DNA from: Epiperipatus broadwayi
Taxonomy: Eukaryota; Animalia; Onychophora
NCBI GenBank assembly: GCA_028023455.1
Contig: JAQFVV010000001.1
Coordinates: 14,756,001 to 14,820,000, forward strand
Reading direction: 5' to 3'
DNA: 64,000 nucleotides
The translations under genes and the position numbers were made by a program. The number at the start of each line of letters is the position of its first letter. Within the stretch, counting starts at the first letter, position 1. The notes beneath the pieces were generated by a model. That model did not search any database, was not told the DNA's origin, and worked only from the letters and a program-made list of their open reading frames with translations. Shown here in pieces: positions 26,400 through 39,220 of the stretch.

Positions 26400-28120
26400 T
26401 AAGCCTGCCAACATTTTCTAAAAGAATGTATAGTTTTAATTAGTGAGCCATTCAAGTGTAATTAAAGATGGCCTTCTCTTTCTTTCTTTTTAATTAAGAG
26501 AATTCAAACTTTGAAGTAAAAAAGTTAGAGTAAAAAAGTTAAAGTTATTTTTAGAAAGTGTTGCTTTGAAACAAAGGAGCATGGGGAGGCTTATCAAGAT
26601 CTCAGATCATACAAACAATGGAAGGTAGCTGTCAGAGAAAGTATAAATAGTAGGGAGAACAAAAGAGATGATTATTCAGACTTTTCCTTTTGAATGAGTC
26701 AGTTGATTCTGATTTTGCTTGTGAAGGCGATTTATTAAGATTTTTCTTGCTGTTTTATTCCAAGTTTTCTGGAGAGTACATTCAGATTTCTCTTGGGAGA
26801 AATCCTTTAGATTTGCTTCACATTTAGCTGGTGCTTAAAAAAAAAGTTATACAGCTGTCATTTTCAAACAATGGAGAAGTTGGAACCGGCTCAAGTTAAA
26901 ACCAACCGTATTTTGAGGAAAATGGATATGCTTGGCTAGGCAAATCATAGCTTTGCCTATCGCCGAGGTTCCTAAATACCATCCAAAATGCCTTAACATC
27001 CAATCAATAACCATCTGAACTCTATGCCGTGTCTGGAGAACTTTTCATGGAAGCCATACTTCATATTTTCATTGTCCGGACAAACACCTATCGTCGGTCG
27101 GATCAAGCCACGGACGCCGTAGGGAACATCACGGAAAAAGGACGGTATCGTATCTCCTAAATTAAACTATCTCGTATGCTACTTTTGATTCATATTGTCT
27201 TATTGTTGTATTGAATTATTTGTATTTGCTATGTAAACATTTTATGAATTAACCGTAAATATATTTTGGGATTATCTAGCTATATGTAACCTTTTTACCT
27301 TCGCTATTCTTCCTTAGATTTAGTATTTCGTTGCGGTTAAATTTAATAATTAATTTTTTGTCATTTGAAATCACTTTCCAATTTTATTTATGTTGTTAAT
27401 TAAATCCAAGTCAGTTTCTTTTGTGTGCCAACTTGATCTTTTTGATAACACCTCTTTTTTGTCCGCCATTAGCTTGTCACGTATATTTGATTTAGCTATA
27501 GACGTTCTAAGTTAATTTTAAACCCGGTTTTTCGCGCAAAGCCATAAGAAATGCTTTGCGAAAGGTTTTTATTACCTATCGTCCTTTATCGAGAAGATCG
27601 AGTTGGAAATTTTTAATAAAATTGGGAAGAAAAGAATTTGACCGCAAACCTATTAACCTGTTTTTTTATTGTCTAATTAGTTTGTTGCAGTAATTTAGGG
27701 GAATAGCGGAGGCCATTAAAGCCTTATTCATATTTTAAAGCCAGTAATTAAACATTATTTAATTATCAAAAACTTGAGTTTCTTAGTTATATTAAATGCT
27801 TTATTTTACTTTTCAATGATCCAGGCACGCATAACGCAAACACCAACACATATTTTAAGTACTTTACATATTTAGCTTTTAGCTCCTTAGGATTTCCCGT
27901 CTATGTCTCTACCGCTGTTGCTAAGCTTTGTGGCCGGTTGAAAAATAATTTATGCGTGGCTCAGATGGTGTTGTTGGTTCGTGAATTAGCCCCGAGAATA
28001 GGCGAAATAGGGCAGAGGTGATTATATTCTTTATTTAATATTTCGCGTATAGTGGCCTCGAGGTACTTTCGCTTAGGACTCGAACTAGGTTAAACCAGCA
28101 TACATAATCTGACTGTCACA
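26400..28120. mobile_element. GC-richer LTR-like segment, unclassified
   Basis: Compositional shift, and the right end GAACTAGGTTAAACCAGCATACA resembles the ends of the other LTR-like repeats. No TSD found. Confidence 0.3.
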
Positions 28121-28994
28121 ATAATAAAATAAGTATTCATTATAAAAGGAAGCAATTATTTCATATCTTAATATTTAATATTTAAATTTTGGCATAAGCA
28201 GTGATTGTGTTTATATAAAAACATATTTACTCCACGACGTAATTTACAAAATGTTTAAATTTATGATAATAATAAAAATATGTTTACAATTGAAAATATA
28301 TAACAATAAATGTAAAAGTAATTAAATAGTTTGTTGCTTAGAATGACATATGAACACAAAAACTGACAGATCGAACTGATATCCATAGACTTTTAGATCT
28401 TGAATCTATCATTCTATCATTATACTAAATCATACAGAGTACAATTGTAAACCTTTAGATTAAAGTAAAATTAAAATTGATTTGAGATATTTATTAATAG
28501 AAAATTCTATAATGTATTCTTTCTTTCAAAGTGCAAATTTTAAGATAGCCTCTAAATATTAAAATGACGTTTCTAAACAAAATCAAATTTAAAAGTAGTC
28601 ATCATCATTAATTAAATGCCTTAAGGCAAGTTCAATGCATCAAATCAAATATTCTTTAAGTCTTCCTGTAAGTAATAAGTTTCAATATAAGTTAGACTAA
28701 AAATTAAAAATAACATATCAAAATTACTAAAAGATAATGCTTTCAAAAAAAATAAACAAACAATTATTACAAACATATTTTCTAAAATGCGGATTAAATT
28801 GCTTCTATGAAGGTTTTTTCTATTGATGGATAACTATACATAAATATCAAAAAATAATAATTTGGCTTTTATTAAAATTATTAGATAGTGGAGAGCATTA
28901 TGATTTCAGCTTTATAATCAAATATGTAGGAGTGATTAAATCAGTAACTATTAAAGGTTATATTGGTTTAGATATAGAAAAATTATTTAAAATA

Positions 28995-29120
28995 GGGTGT
29001 GTACCAATAGCTCAAACAAGCTCTTAATTAATAAGTGCGGTAAGAGAAAATATTTAAAATCTCTATCTACCTTACCGCATTTATCAATTAAGAGTTTGTT
29101 TGAGCTATTGGTATGCTCCC
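28995..29120. mobile_element. 126-bp hairpin MITE with TA TSD (Tc1/mariner-type target)
   Basis: ~50-bp imperfect inverted arms (GGGTGTGTACCAATAGCTCAAACAAGCTCTTAATT... / ...AATTAAGAGTTTGTTTGAGCTATTGGTATGCTCCC) with TA on both sides. Confidence 0.75.
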
Positions 29121-29283
29121 TATATTACATATTTGTAAATACAAGCTCATAAAAGCAATGTCATGGTGTATATGATTTGCTGTATTGATTATTATAAAAA
29201 TTATTATATTATTAGCTAATCATTCCTTTTATAAAAATATATAATAATTTGGCGGGGGGGGGGGGGGGGAACTAATAGCTTAC

Positions 29284-29491
29284 AATCCTGGATTGCGATC
29301 AGGTCTTCCATTACTTATGCATCCAGGACCATAACCAGTACATTCACCACAAACAGTACAAACCATACACTGGTCTGTCTTCCAAAGATGTTTTCCAGGT
29401 GGACAAGTTATATCAGACTCATCTATTTCCAACTCTTCATCTTCACCATCTTCTTCATTAGTTGTAGACATTGCTATTGCTATATTAGTTA
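29284..29491 (-). CDS. MYCBP2: MYCBP2 exon, acidic stretch plus Cys-rich CPPGKHLWKTDQCMVCTVCGECTGYGPGCISNGRPDRNPG
   Basis: Acceptor tttttag|TA and donor TT|GTAAGC; 208 bp, phase 1 to 2. Contains the PHR-family CMVCTVCG.CTGYG motif. Confidence 0.96.
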
Positions 29492-29576
29492 CTAAAAATA
29501 ATAGAATTAGAAAATAAGGTGATGAGGAATTTATTTAAAGATAACAATTGCGTAAAAATGAAAATAATATACTCAC

Positions 29577-29729
29577 TCTCTTTAGCTTGAGATGACATTT
29601 CTCTTCCACACTGTCCCTTATTATTCATACCAAATGTATATACATGGCCTCTGTTAGTCAAAGCAACAATATGAGCTTTGCCAAGTGCAATACTGACTAC
29701 AACCACATCTTTCAATTCTGTAACTTGTC
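29577..29729 (-). CDS. MYCBP2: MYCBP2 exon, RCC1-like repeat: QVTELKDVVVVSIALGKAHIVALTNRGHVYTFGMNNKGQCGREMSSQAKE
   Basis: Acceptor tttttag|GA and donor A|GTGAGT; 153 bp, phase 1 to 1. Has the RCC1 signature GKAH...G.V.TFG.NNKGQCGR and overlaps track ORF 29485..29715. Confidence 0.95.
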
Positions 29730-31071
29730 CTAAAAAAAATTATACATAAATTTAACTAACACAAAAAGTATATATAATAATATTGATGGAAAATAAACAC
29801 TGAATGTGCATACCATAATAATAATTCACAAGTTATACTTATTAAAATCATTTTAACAAACTTGCAAACAATGTCCTCCTTATATCAATAATTTATTAGT
29901 CAAACAAAATATATATATACACATTTAGAACTACATCTACATATTTAATAGCCATTGCATATTAATAGAGTTATTGAAATTATTAGAATTTAATCTATTC
30001 TAAATACTCATAAATTAAAAATATAAAAAGTAATGAATTAATTTAGGTAATTATTATTACAAACTTTTTCTACAGTTATTAATATAGTTAATATTCTAAT
30101 GATTTTATTATAAAATTAGGAATCTATGTTATTAAATATTTTTAATTTGTATTATTTTTTATTTATTTTTGTGTTTAAGATGCTATATATGTATGAATTA
30201 GTCTAAATGATGAACTTTGTTATCTGAAAGTGATATTTTTATGTGTCACATCAGTCATGTATAAAAAAGATTCAATAGAAATGGGTCTCACTAAAACCCA
30301 AAATGATTTTCATTAATGCATCAGCTAATCTCAATAAGCACACAATGTAAAATATATCACAACTATTACAGTTATTAAGGATTGAAGTTTTATTGCAATT
30401 TACACAAAAAAATTATAAATTTATATATAAAAATATAAAATCAAAATTTGTTTTCAAACTATAGAAATGATATAATTTAACAAAAGAAAAAAAAAATTCT
30501 ACACAAGAATTCAATATTTTTCAAACAAAATGGGAATTAGATTATTTCTTTTCTGAAGCAAAAAAAAATAGATTTTATATTTAATTTGTGGACATATTTT
30601 CTGCATGAGTAATGAACAAATACTATCTCCATAGAATAGTGTAAAACACAAGTTTCTAGCTACTGACTTTATTTAATATAGAGAAATATTTTGCACTATA
30701 GCAAACAGCATCTAATTTTTACACCCACTGAATGATTTTAATACAAAATAGACTCTTACTAAAAAAAAAAAAAACTAAATAGTGAAAAATTAATTTGAAG
30801 ATCAGTTTGACATTATTACTTAACATACATTAATTAATCAAACTTATATAAATGACAATCAAATGCTGACTAAATGCAATTTAAAACGGCCACTGCATTG
30901 CTTTGTTTTGAAAAATATCCTTTTGCCAAAAGGACAAAGATGTCTGTAGTTAGCTTGTAATTGAGATCTCCAAAATATATAGTTACTGATAGACAAATAT
31001 GCTTGGATTCAAAATCTCAGCATGTTTGAAAATTTCATGCATTAAATCGAAGACCATAACAGGAGCAAAAA

Positions 31072-31219
31072 TAGCTGCTGGATACATTATAAATACAAAC
31101 TAGTGCTGAAAGGCATAATAATAATAATAAATAATCTGGTTATAAATGGCTGCTGGTTACGTTCTAAATACAAACTAGTGCTGAAAGACATAATAATAAT
31201 AAAAAATAATCTGGTTATC
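31072..31219. repeat. Tandem duplication, ~75-bp unit x2
   Basis: AAATACAAACTAGTGCTGAAAG at 31091 and 31166. Confidence 0.85.
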
Positions 31220-33049
31220 TATTCATCACTATCATTTAGTAAAGATCAACTAATCATGCTATATTATATAGATGATTCAGAAATAGAATAAAGTAAATTA
31301 CTGCTATAAGCAAAGCTTTGTATTCGAATTATTATTTGTTTAAATTCACTCATAACAAATACTAGTACCATTATTTATATATGCTAAAAATATAAAACTC
31401 ATATCATTTAATTCTATTCCTTTAATCCCATTTTTAAAATTTATTTTTTTCTTAAACACTACTTTATTCCTAATTTCTCTGATATTTCTCAACAATCTTA
31501 CCACTTGCCATCCCTACCCACTCTCTGCTTCCAAACATCTTGCTTTTTATTATACAAATATTACACAATTTCATCATTTCTTCTTTATTTTGTTCATCAT
31601 TTTCTGTTCCATAAACATACAATCACATAATAATAAATGTTCAACATTTTCCATTCCTTAATCATACAATCACATGATGAACTTAATCTTTTCTTCACTT
31701 TTTAACTCTTTTTTTTTTTTTTTTTGTCGCTATACTTCCTATTTAAGCTCTAAATAATAAATGGATGGATGGATGGATGGATGCTAGTATTCCCATGGAT
31801 GAAACAAATGTCTCCATATAGAAACCAGATGTCATCTTGATAACTCCTAATTAGATAGGAAATTATGAAAACACATAATAAAGTTATTAACATGAATTCT
31901 AGAAGTATTATGGGGGATAGTTGTGCCAGGAAAGGCATTCAAAATGAAAATAACTACATGGTGTTGGTAATTGAAAAACATTTTAAGTGTAAGTATATGA
32001 TCTAAGAGTTATTATAAAATTGCTTTATTTTAACACTGAGGGTATATCAAAATTAAAAATGAGATCCTCTACAAATTAGTAGATAAGTATTAACATTGAT
32101 ATAATTACATTTCAGGAGACTCATCATTATTACAATAACAAATCTCCTCTTAAAATTCCTGAAATGCACTCTAAACATGATATGGTTACTTTTGTTTCAA
32201 GTCATCTTGTAAAGTGAACAATTTTCTACTGAAGATAATTCAAATGATTTTGCAAACACCATTCAGATAAATAAATAAGCAATAGAAATCTTCCAACACA
32301 AATTGGTCCTACTCTCCTCTTCCAGATATTCTCACACTTCTGCATTTATAAAATATTTCAATTTTCATAATTTTTGGGGATATGAGAATATGAATCACTT
32401 CATCAACTTTTAGAATAGATGGACTTAAACATGTACTTATCCCATAATGCCAAACAAGAGAAACATTCCATTTAAGCAGAAAGTGAATAGAAACAATTCC
32501 TGATTTATGATTTGTTTTAATAAAAAAAATTTCATTACCTGCTGAATTATTGATATTGCACCATTTTTTTCATAACAAATATAAACCACATTCCTATAGT
32601 TAATATTCATCCTGATCCAGGATTTTAAAAACGCTGACTGGAGCCAATATATTTGAATATCTTGAACAGAATATTAATAGAATTTTTTAATTCCTTTTTG
32701 CTATGATAGTTTTACAAACTCATAACAACAGTTGCCAAAGAGTTCATGTCTAACGGCAATAAAAATAATTCATTGCAATTTGATAAAAAAGCAACAGTGC
32801 TTTTTATAATCCCTTTTTGACTAACAATGATCCAGAAATTGATGACTAAATTATAAAATCATTTGATAATGCCAGAAAAAAAAAAGGCAAGTATGATCAT
32901 GGAAAATCAAAATCTTACAAGATCTAAATGTAGGATCTGATTATTTTTATTTAATGTAAAAGTACCTCTAAAAGAATTAATATTATCACTGCTAATGAAA
33001 TTGCTAATTTATTATACCAAATTTCCAAACCTAAGATTGAAAGAATAAA

Positions 33050-34650
33050 AAAAAAAACATCATTAGAAAAAATATTGCAAGTTTTTCTTTCACAATTTTC
33101 CTCTAATATCAATCTAATAAAATCAGTAGATATGGTCAATTTGAATGTGCCTTGAATTGTCTTAAACCTTGACAAGTTCCAGGAACAGATACTATCAGAA
33201 TTTCTAAAGACTTATGAATCTAAAGCCAAAGCATGCTTGCAAAAACTATTCAGTAACATTAGTCATACAGAAACTATTCCGAAAGTTTGCTTAAAAGCAA
33301 AACTATACTAGACTTAAACTCAAATAAACTCAACAAAGATAAAAAAAAAAAAAACAACACTCAATTACATTATTATGTGTTCCCTATAAACTTTCTGAAA
33401 GAATTATATCACAAAAATTTTGTCAATAGTTGAAAATCAAACCAGCCTGGGTTTAGGTGCTATGAACAAGTTTTATTTTTAATTATTCCCAATAAAAAAG
33501 ACTTTCAAAATAAATTAAAAACTAGTGGTATCTTTATTGATCTAACCTACTTTACAATTCCATTTGGAAAATTGATCTTAAATTTTTAAAATTATTAAAT
33601 ATTAAAAAATTATTAATTTACTTAATAAAATGCACTCCAATAAAAATATTCAAGTGACACTAAATGATCATCATAGTAGATATAAAATTTTACAGAATGA
33701 TCTAACTCAGAGTTCAGTTCTCTTATTTGATTTATATAATATATACTTCAATGATATTCCAAAAAAGAAATTCATCTATAATAATATTGTTTTAACTTCT
33801 CAAAAGAGATTCTTTCATGAACTAGAAAGATCTCTCATTAAAAAAAATGAAAAAATTGGAAATCCTTTTCAAAAGATTTGATTTTTATTCCTAAACCAAT
33901 GAAAAGTATATGTTCAATTTTTCATATAAATAATAGAAAAATATCTCATAATCTTAATATAATATTTCACATTAATAGACTGGAAGACAAAATTATTCTG
34001 TGTTATTTAGCATCATAGTCGAACTTGTTTTTCTCATTTATCTAAGATTAGATCAAAATTGATTTCTAAAAATAACTTCTTGGAAAATTGGCTGGTAGTG
34101 TGATATGGATAGCTTTCTTATCATTAATATATACAATTGGTAAAATTTCTGAGTGCTGAATTAAATATTATCATGAGAAATACTACTAATACTTTCAAGT
34201 CTACTCTTTAACAATGGTTTCCTGTTCTTTCACATATTCCTCCACTAAATATCATAAGAGATGCCTCATATAAAATATATAACAAAAAATTAAGTAAATT
34301 AGATTGACAATAACTTAAGATATAGTTTTATTACTTAAATATAGTATCAAATCAAGTTCCCTTTAAGAATGTTCAACCAAGAATCTACAATTGAAGAATT
34401 AAAATGGAATTCTTATAAGATCCCAAAACACTAACTTTCTCCAGGTCCAACAATTAAACAAATTGAATTTGATCTTCCTAAATGCAACTGAAGTTTCAAA
34501 AATAGATTCAGGACAACCCATGATCATTGTGCTTATCTGCTTCATAAATGGAATTTAGCAGCTACTGATCTATATAGATATGGACAAACACACCCCACAA
34601 ACCACATAATTAATGACTGTCAAATTACGGCGACAATGGCAGAAAAGGTC
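33050..34650 (+). mobile_element. Decayed non-LTR retrotransposon (I/Jockey-group-like) RT and C-terminus
   Basis: Motifs GIFIDLT; QNDLTQSSVLLFDLYNIYFNDIP (equivalent to QNGLPQGSVL..LFNIY.ND.P, track ORF 33630..33881); KNNFL.KLAG; PVLSHIPPL; C-terminal LHKW...HIINDC. Confidence 0.8.
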
Positions 34651-34884
34651 TAAATAAAGTAACTTATAGGTCTATCTCTTGGTTGGAATCTTCACAAGTT
34701 CCTATATAATATTTTGTAAATAGTTAAGCTGTCTAAACATAAAAAGAAAAATCCCTATGTTAAATAAATAAATAATAAATGATTACTACTGTTAACAAAA
34801 TACCTTCAGTTTCAATGTTAATCAGATTTTGAAAACTCATCACTTTATCATATAATCCCAACTTAACACATCATATATATATAT

Positions 34885-35750
34885 AGGCAAAACTCTCCAT
34901 ACAGTAGTGCCACTCAGGGCAAGCCAGAGTAATCAATGGATGTGAGAAGGTTTGTGCATAAAATCCCTATCGAGTGCATACCCATCCAATATCCCCAGAT
35001 TAGTTCCTATCTTGTGGTTTTCATCAGTGAGGAAGGAGTCTTGGATCTGAGAACACTGCAGCTATACCTTAGGATCTAATACAACCCTCCAGCAACCACC
35101 TTTTATCTCTATTTCACTACAAAACTATGAGTCTGAAATTAAAAAACATAATAATATTTTCAATCCAAGCTCATTAGCTTATATAGTCATATAGGTCTGA
35201 ACTCAGTTTAGTACCCATACATTTTAGTGTCTTTGGTTCTTTAATACCCATAGCCACCTTTATCATATTAGTAGGATTGGTATTAAACCAATAAACATCA
35301 CATGTTCACCATTTCTTATGCTTGCACAAACTGTTAAAACAGGTAAAACTCTCCATACTTTAGTGACACTCAATGCGAGCCAAGGTAATCAATGGATGGA
35401 AAAGGTTCGTGCAAAAAATTCCTATCTAGTGCCTACTCAATGCAATCCTCCAGCAGCTACTTTTTATCTATACTTAACTACAAAATTATTGAGTCTGAAA
35501 TTAAAAACATAATAATATTTTCATTCTAGGATCTAAGTACAGTGCTCTCAGATCCAAGGCTCCTCACTGATGAAAGCCATAAGCTAGAAACTAGTCAGGG
35601 GATATTGGATGAGCAGGCACTAGATAGGGATTTTATGCACAAATCTTCTTGCATCCATTGAGTACTCTGACTTGCAATGAGTAGCATTACTGCATGGAGT
35701 TTTGCCTGCTTTAACAGCTTGAGAAGAATAAGAAATGGTAATCATGCGAC
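34885..35750. mobile_element. Hammerhead-bearing ~455-bp repeat: 1.4 tandem units followed by an inverted fragment
   Basis: AGG(C/T)AAAACTCTCCATAC recurs at 34885 and 35341 (period 456). An inverted copy starts at 35526. Confidence 0.85.
35551..35611 (+). ncRNA. Minimal type I hammerhead ribozyme motif
   Basis: AUCCAA-GGCU-CCUCA-CUGAUGA-A-AGC-CAUAA-GCU-A-GAAA-CUAG-UC-AGGGG-AUA-UUGGAU. Palindromic ACUAGU stem III; predicted cleavage after 35596. Confidence 0.7.
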
Positions 35751-37428
35751 ATCATAAACTTAATATTCTATAGTAATGTTAACTTTTGCATTCTTTAACA
35801 TCTACCTCAACCAATTAGTCCAATCTTTCTTCCAATTAAAAATTATTTTTAGTAATTGTATTAGCATCTAAAAATTGCAATCTTGCAAACATTTTTAGTT
35901 TGCTTTTTGCATTTCTTATTTAAAATAATGATCATCTCATTTTACCTTTTATAGTTTTATTTGCCATCAACATAGCTTCCCTAAGTGTATAACTTCCACT
36001 TTGAGATTTTATTCAAAGCTATCAATAATTCATACATTTGGTATACTATATCATTTTCATAAGATAGAACAGATATAGCTCCTTCTTTTCCATAAGATTC
36101 TACTTATTTCATATCTATCATAAACAAAAATACTAATTTCTTAACCAACTTTTTTTCTTTTTTATCTTTTCCTATTCTAATATATACTTCACTTTACAAT
36201 TATTTTTAAATCCTCAAAATATATTTCTCCTCTTACATGCAGTATTTCATTTTCCACTCATTTTTCTCATTTCTAATTTATTAAATATCAGTAGCTTTCA
36301 TTTTTCGTTGCTATATTTAATATCCCTTTTCTTTGACATTAACAAAAATGATTATATCATTTTAAATTATCTCTAGGTGGAGACATTCCATGTCTCATAT
36401 TTATTTTCTAATTCCCTTAAAAACAATGCAAATAATATAAATGACATCTTAGTACCCTATCTGATTCATAATCTCTTTAGCTGATCTACAAAAATTTTAT
36501 ATATATATATAATTTTCCCAGTAATTGTAATAAATATTTTCCCAATCTCATTTTTTCCTATTTAATTAATGAACACTTTCCTATTCAAACTGTAAATCAT
36601 GTCTATAATTTGAGTTATAATAAAAATAGAATCATTAATTATCCAATTATCTTTAAATCCCTCCTATATTTTGTATTTAGACATCCATGCCTTAAATTTA
36701 TTTCTAATATCATATGAGAAAGTTTTGTACAAAAATTGATATTAATGGTGAGATATAAAATAGTTTCTCTTTAGATGTGTTGTATAAATCACAGCATTAA
36801 ATCATTTTCTATTGATCTCATTATAAAATCAATATATATATATATTGTAAAGGTTGAAAGAGTCCATCTTCACAGTTGATTATGATATCAGTATATATGT
36901 TAAAAATATATATATATTAAAAGAAGGGAATAAAAAAAACAAAGAATTTTTTTTTTATGCATAACATTTTAAATTATAATTGGTAAAAAATAATGGACAT
37001 TTTTTAGTAGTTAAATATATATATATATTCCTTTATAAAATTAATTAATTAATACGCATTGTGATATCTTTTAAGATATTTAATACATATCGTGACATCT
37101 TTCAAGATTGCAGTAGAAAATGCTGCAATTTTTTTTTGTTTATATTCTTCATTCGATTTTGGCATATTTTTTTTGTTATTACTTTTCTTATCTCCCACTT
37201 TTGTGGTGTATGTTTGGTTATGATTGTAAATTTTGGCAATAATAATGATATATACAAATAAAGGAAGTATATAAAAATCACTTTAGAAAAGGCTAATGAT
37301 TAAAATGTATACAGATAAATATATTTTGTTTGTTAAAAACAGATTTATGATTTACAAATATGTATTCATTTCAAAAATTTTATTAAAATCACTCTTTCCT
37401 TTATTTTGCTCTAATATCTTATAAATAC

Positions 37429-37667
37429 AATTTATCCAAACCACTATGAACACTTTTTAACAAAATCCTTTATTGTACATATATGCATACACCTTACATT
37501 TCGACTGTCCTGCACAGAAAAAAAAAGAAAAAAAAGTTTTTTATTTTGAAAAAATTAAAGGAAACTGCCTCTGAAAAAGACTGAAGGGCAGTCGAAACGT
37601 AAGGTGTATGTATATATGTACAATAAAGGATTTTGTTAAAATGTGTTCAAAGTGGTTTGGGTAAATT
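37429..37667. mobile_element. Palindromic Penelope-like remnant with ~80-bp inverted arms and a hammerhead motif
   Basis: Arms at 37429-37510 and 37586-37667 are near-perfect reverse complements. Confidence 0.8.
37567..37604 (+). ncRNA. Minimal type I hammerhead motif, G8 mutated to A
   Basis: CCU-CUGAAAA-A-GACUG-AAGGG-CAGUC-GAAA-CGU-A-AGG. Perfect 5-bp stem II, palindromic ACGU stem III and a 3-bp CCU/AGG stem I. Confidence 0.65.
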
Positions 37668-38569
37668 CTATGAATTTATTTGTTTGGATTTTATTTTCTG
37701 TGTAATGACATATTTATATCTATTTTAGGTATTTATACTGTTTATTTAGTTTTTTTTCTTTTTGAAACGATTGTAAAATATTAGAAAAGTTTTTAAAAAT
37801 CGATTGACATGTGAATTAACAACAGGATATGAATAAATATTTCACATGAAGATATCAAGTTGGAAATGCTACGACAATCAATGATGCAATAAAGGAAAAG
37901 GAGATATGAAATTGTGCTTTTAATTTCTTTTATTATTATTGACAACAGTTTTCACTGGTAAAGAAGTAATAACAAACTTTGCTCCCACAAACTTTGCTCC
38001 CACTAGATTTTGTTTTCTTCTCTACTAAAAAAAAAAAAAAAATTAAAGAAATCGTCTGAATTAAGTATATATCAAGAAATGACTGGGTAGGAAAAATTTG
38101 CTAGCTGGGATTAATTTCTCTTTGCCTATTCTCTTCCCCTTTTTGCTTCTACATAAAAAGAGGGAAAAGTCATCAGCAAGCATGTACCTGAAAGAAGAGA
38201 AATTGTTTTAAATGACCAGCTACCCCTGTCCTGAGAATGAAAATAAAATTGTGATGGTAGAATCATCTTAAGTAATTCCATTATTTCTATTAGTTCACCT
38301 CAGCATGACATGCAGAAAGGATACTTAGAAAAAAGTCAACTTCAATTATTCAGAAAATGTATATGTTCATCAACAAAATATTAGCTGCCATATTAATAGA
38401 ATTCAAGCAAAGACAAACATAAATTCTTCAAATAACTATCGATTTTTAAAAAAATAAGAAAAGATATTAAAAAGGTCAATTGATTTGATTGTTTTTTTTT
38501 TTTCTTTTTAAAAAAATTAAAGTGTATATACATTTGTTCTTTGGTTATTTTTTTTTCTTCAATATGTCA

Positions 38570-39000
38570 TGACAGATCAAAACCCACCTATTATGTATTG
38601 TCAGGTATTGTTTTTTTATATATCTAATATATTGTAACCAAACAACACCCAACCCCACTCTTCGTTGGTTTTATTTCCTGATGAGCATATTGCAGAAAGG
38701 AACTATCGATTGGCATTCCCCAATGCAGACGTCACCCCACCTAGAACAAAATTTCCTGCTCATCAGAGGATATAGCACCATAGAGACTGGAAGCATCTAG
38801 AAATTTATGTGTTTGGTTTCTCAAATGGGCCACTAGAGTTCCATCTCACTACAATCTTTCTTGTGAGCAAGATGCAATGAATAATTGGTGATGCAAAAAG
38901 AGAACTGAACAACTAAAATTAATTTTTAATAACAATAATTTTATTTAACAACAATTCATTTGCAAGTCCTTTTAACATAGTTCATCATTCGTATCCATGT
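38570..39000. repeat. Dispersed repeat, second copy at ~47590-48010
   Basis: Shared TTTATTTCCTGATGAGCATATTG and GAGACTG.AA.CATCTAGAAATTTAT.TGTTTGGTTTC.CAAA.GG..CCACTAGAGTTCCA blocks. Confidence 0.8.
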
Positions 39001-39146
39001 GAAGATTCATCTTCAGTTCAATTATGAGAAGAAGTTTAGAAGCACTTTATTTAACAATGATTCGTTTGCAAGCCCTTCTAATATAGTTTATCCGTATCCA
39101 TGTGAAGATTCATTTTCAGTTCAATTGTGAGAAGTCTAGAAGCACG
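38941..39146. repeat. Tandem duplication, ~105-bp unit x2
   Basis: CGTATCCATGTGAAGATTCAT.TTCAGTTCAATT.TGAGAAG occurs twice. Confidence 0.85.
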
Positions 39147-39220
39147 TTCAAGTAAGTATACGTATACCATTAATGAATGAATGTTTTTAATTATTTGTTC
39201 CAGGTGTGTATATCCCTTTT

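Noticed and set aside
31761-31781. (ATGG)n microsatellite and scattered poly-G runs as possible G-quadruplexes
   Set aside because: These are simple repeats or single homopolymer runs, and homopolymer lengths are unreliable.
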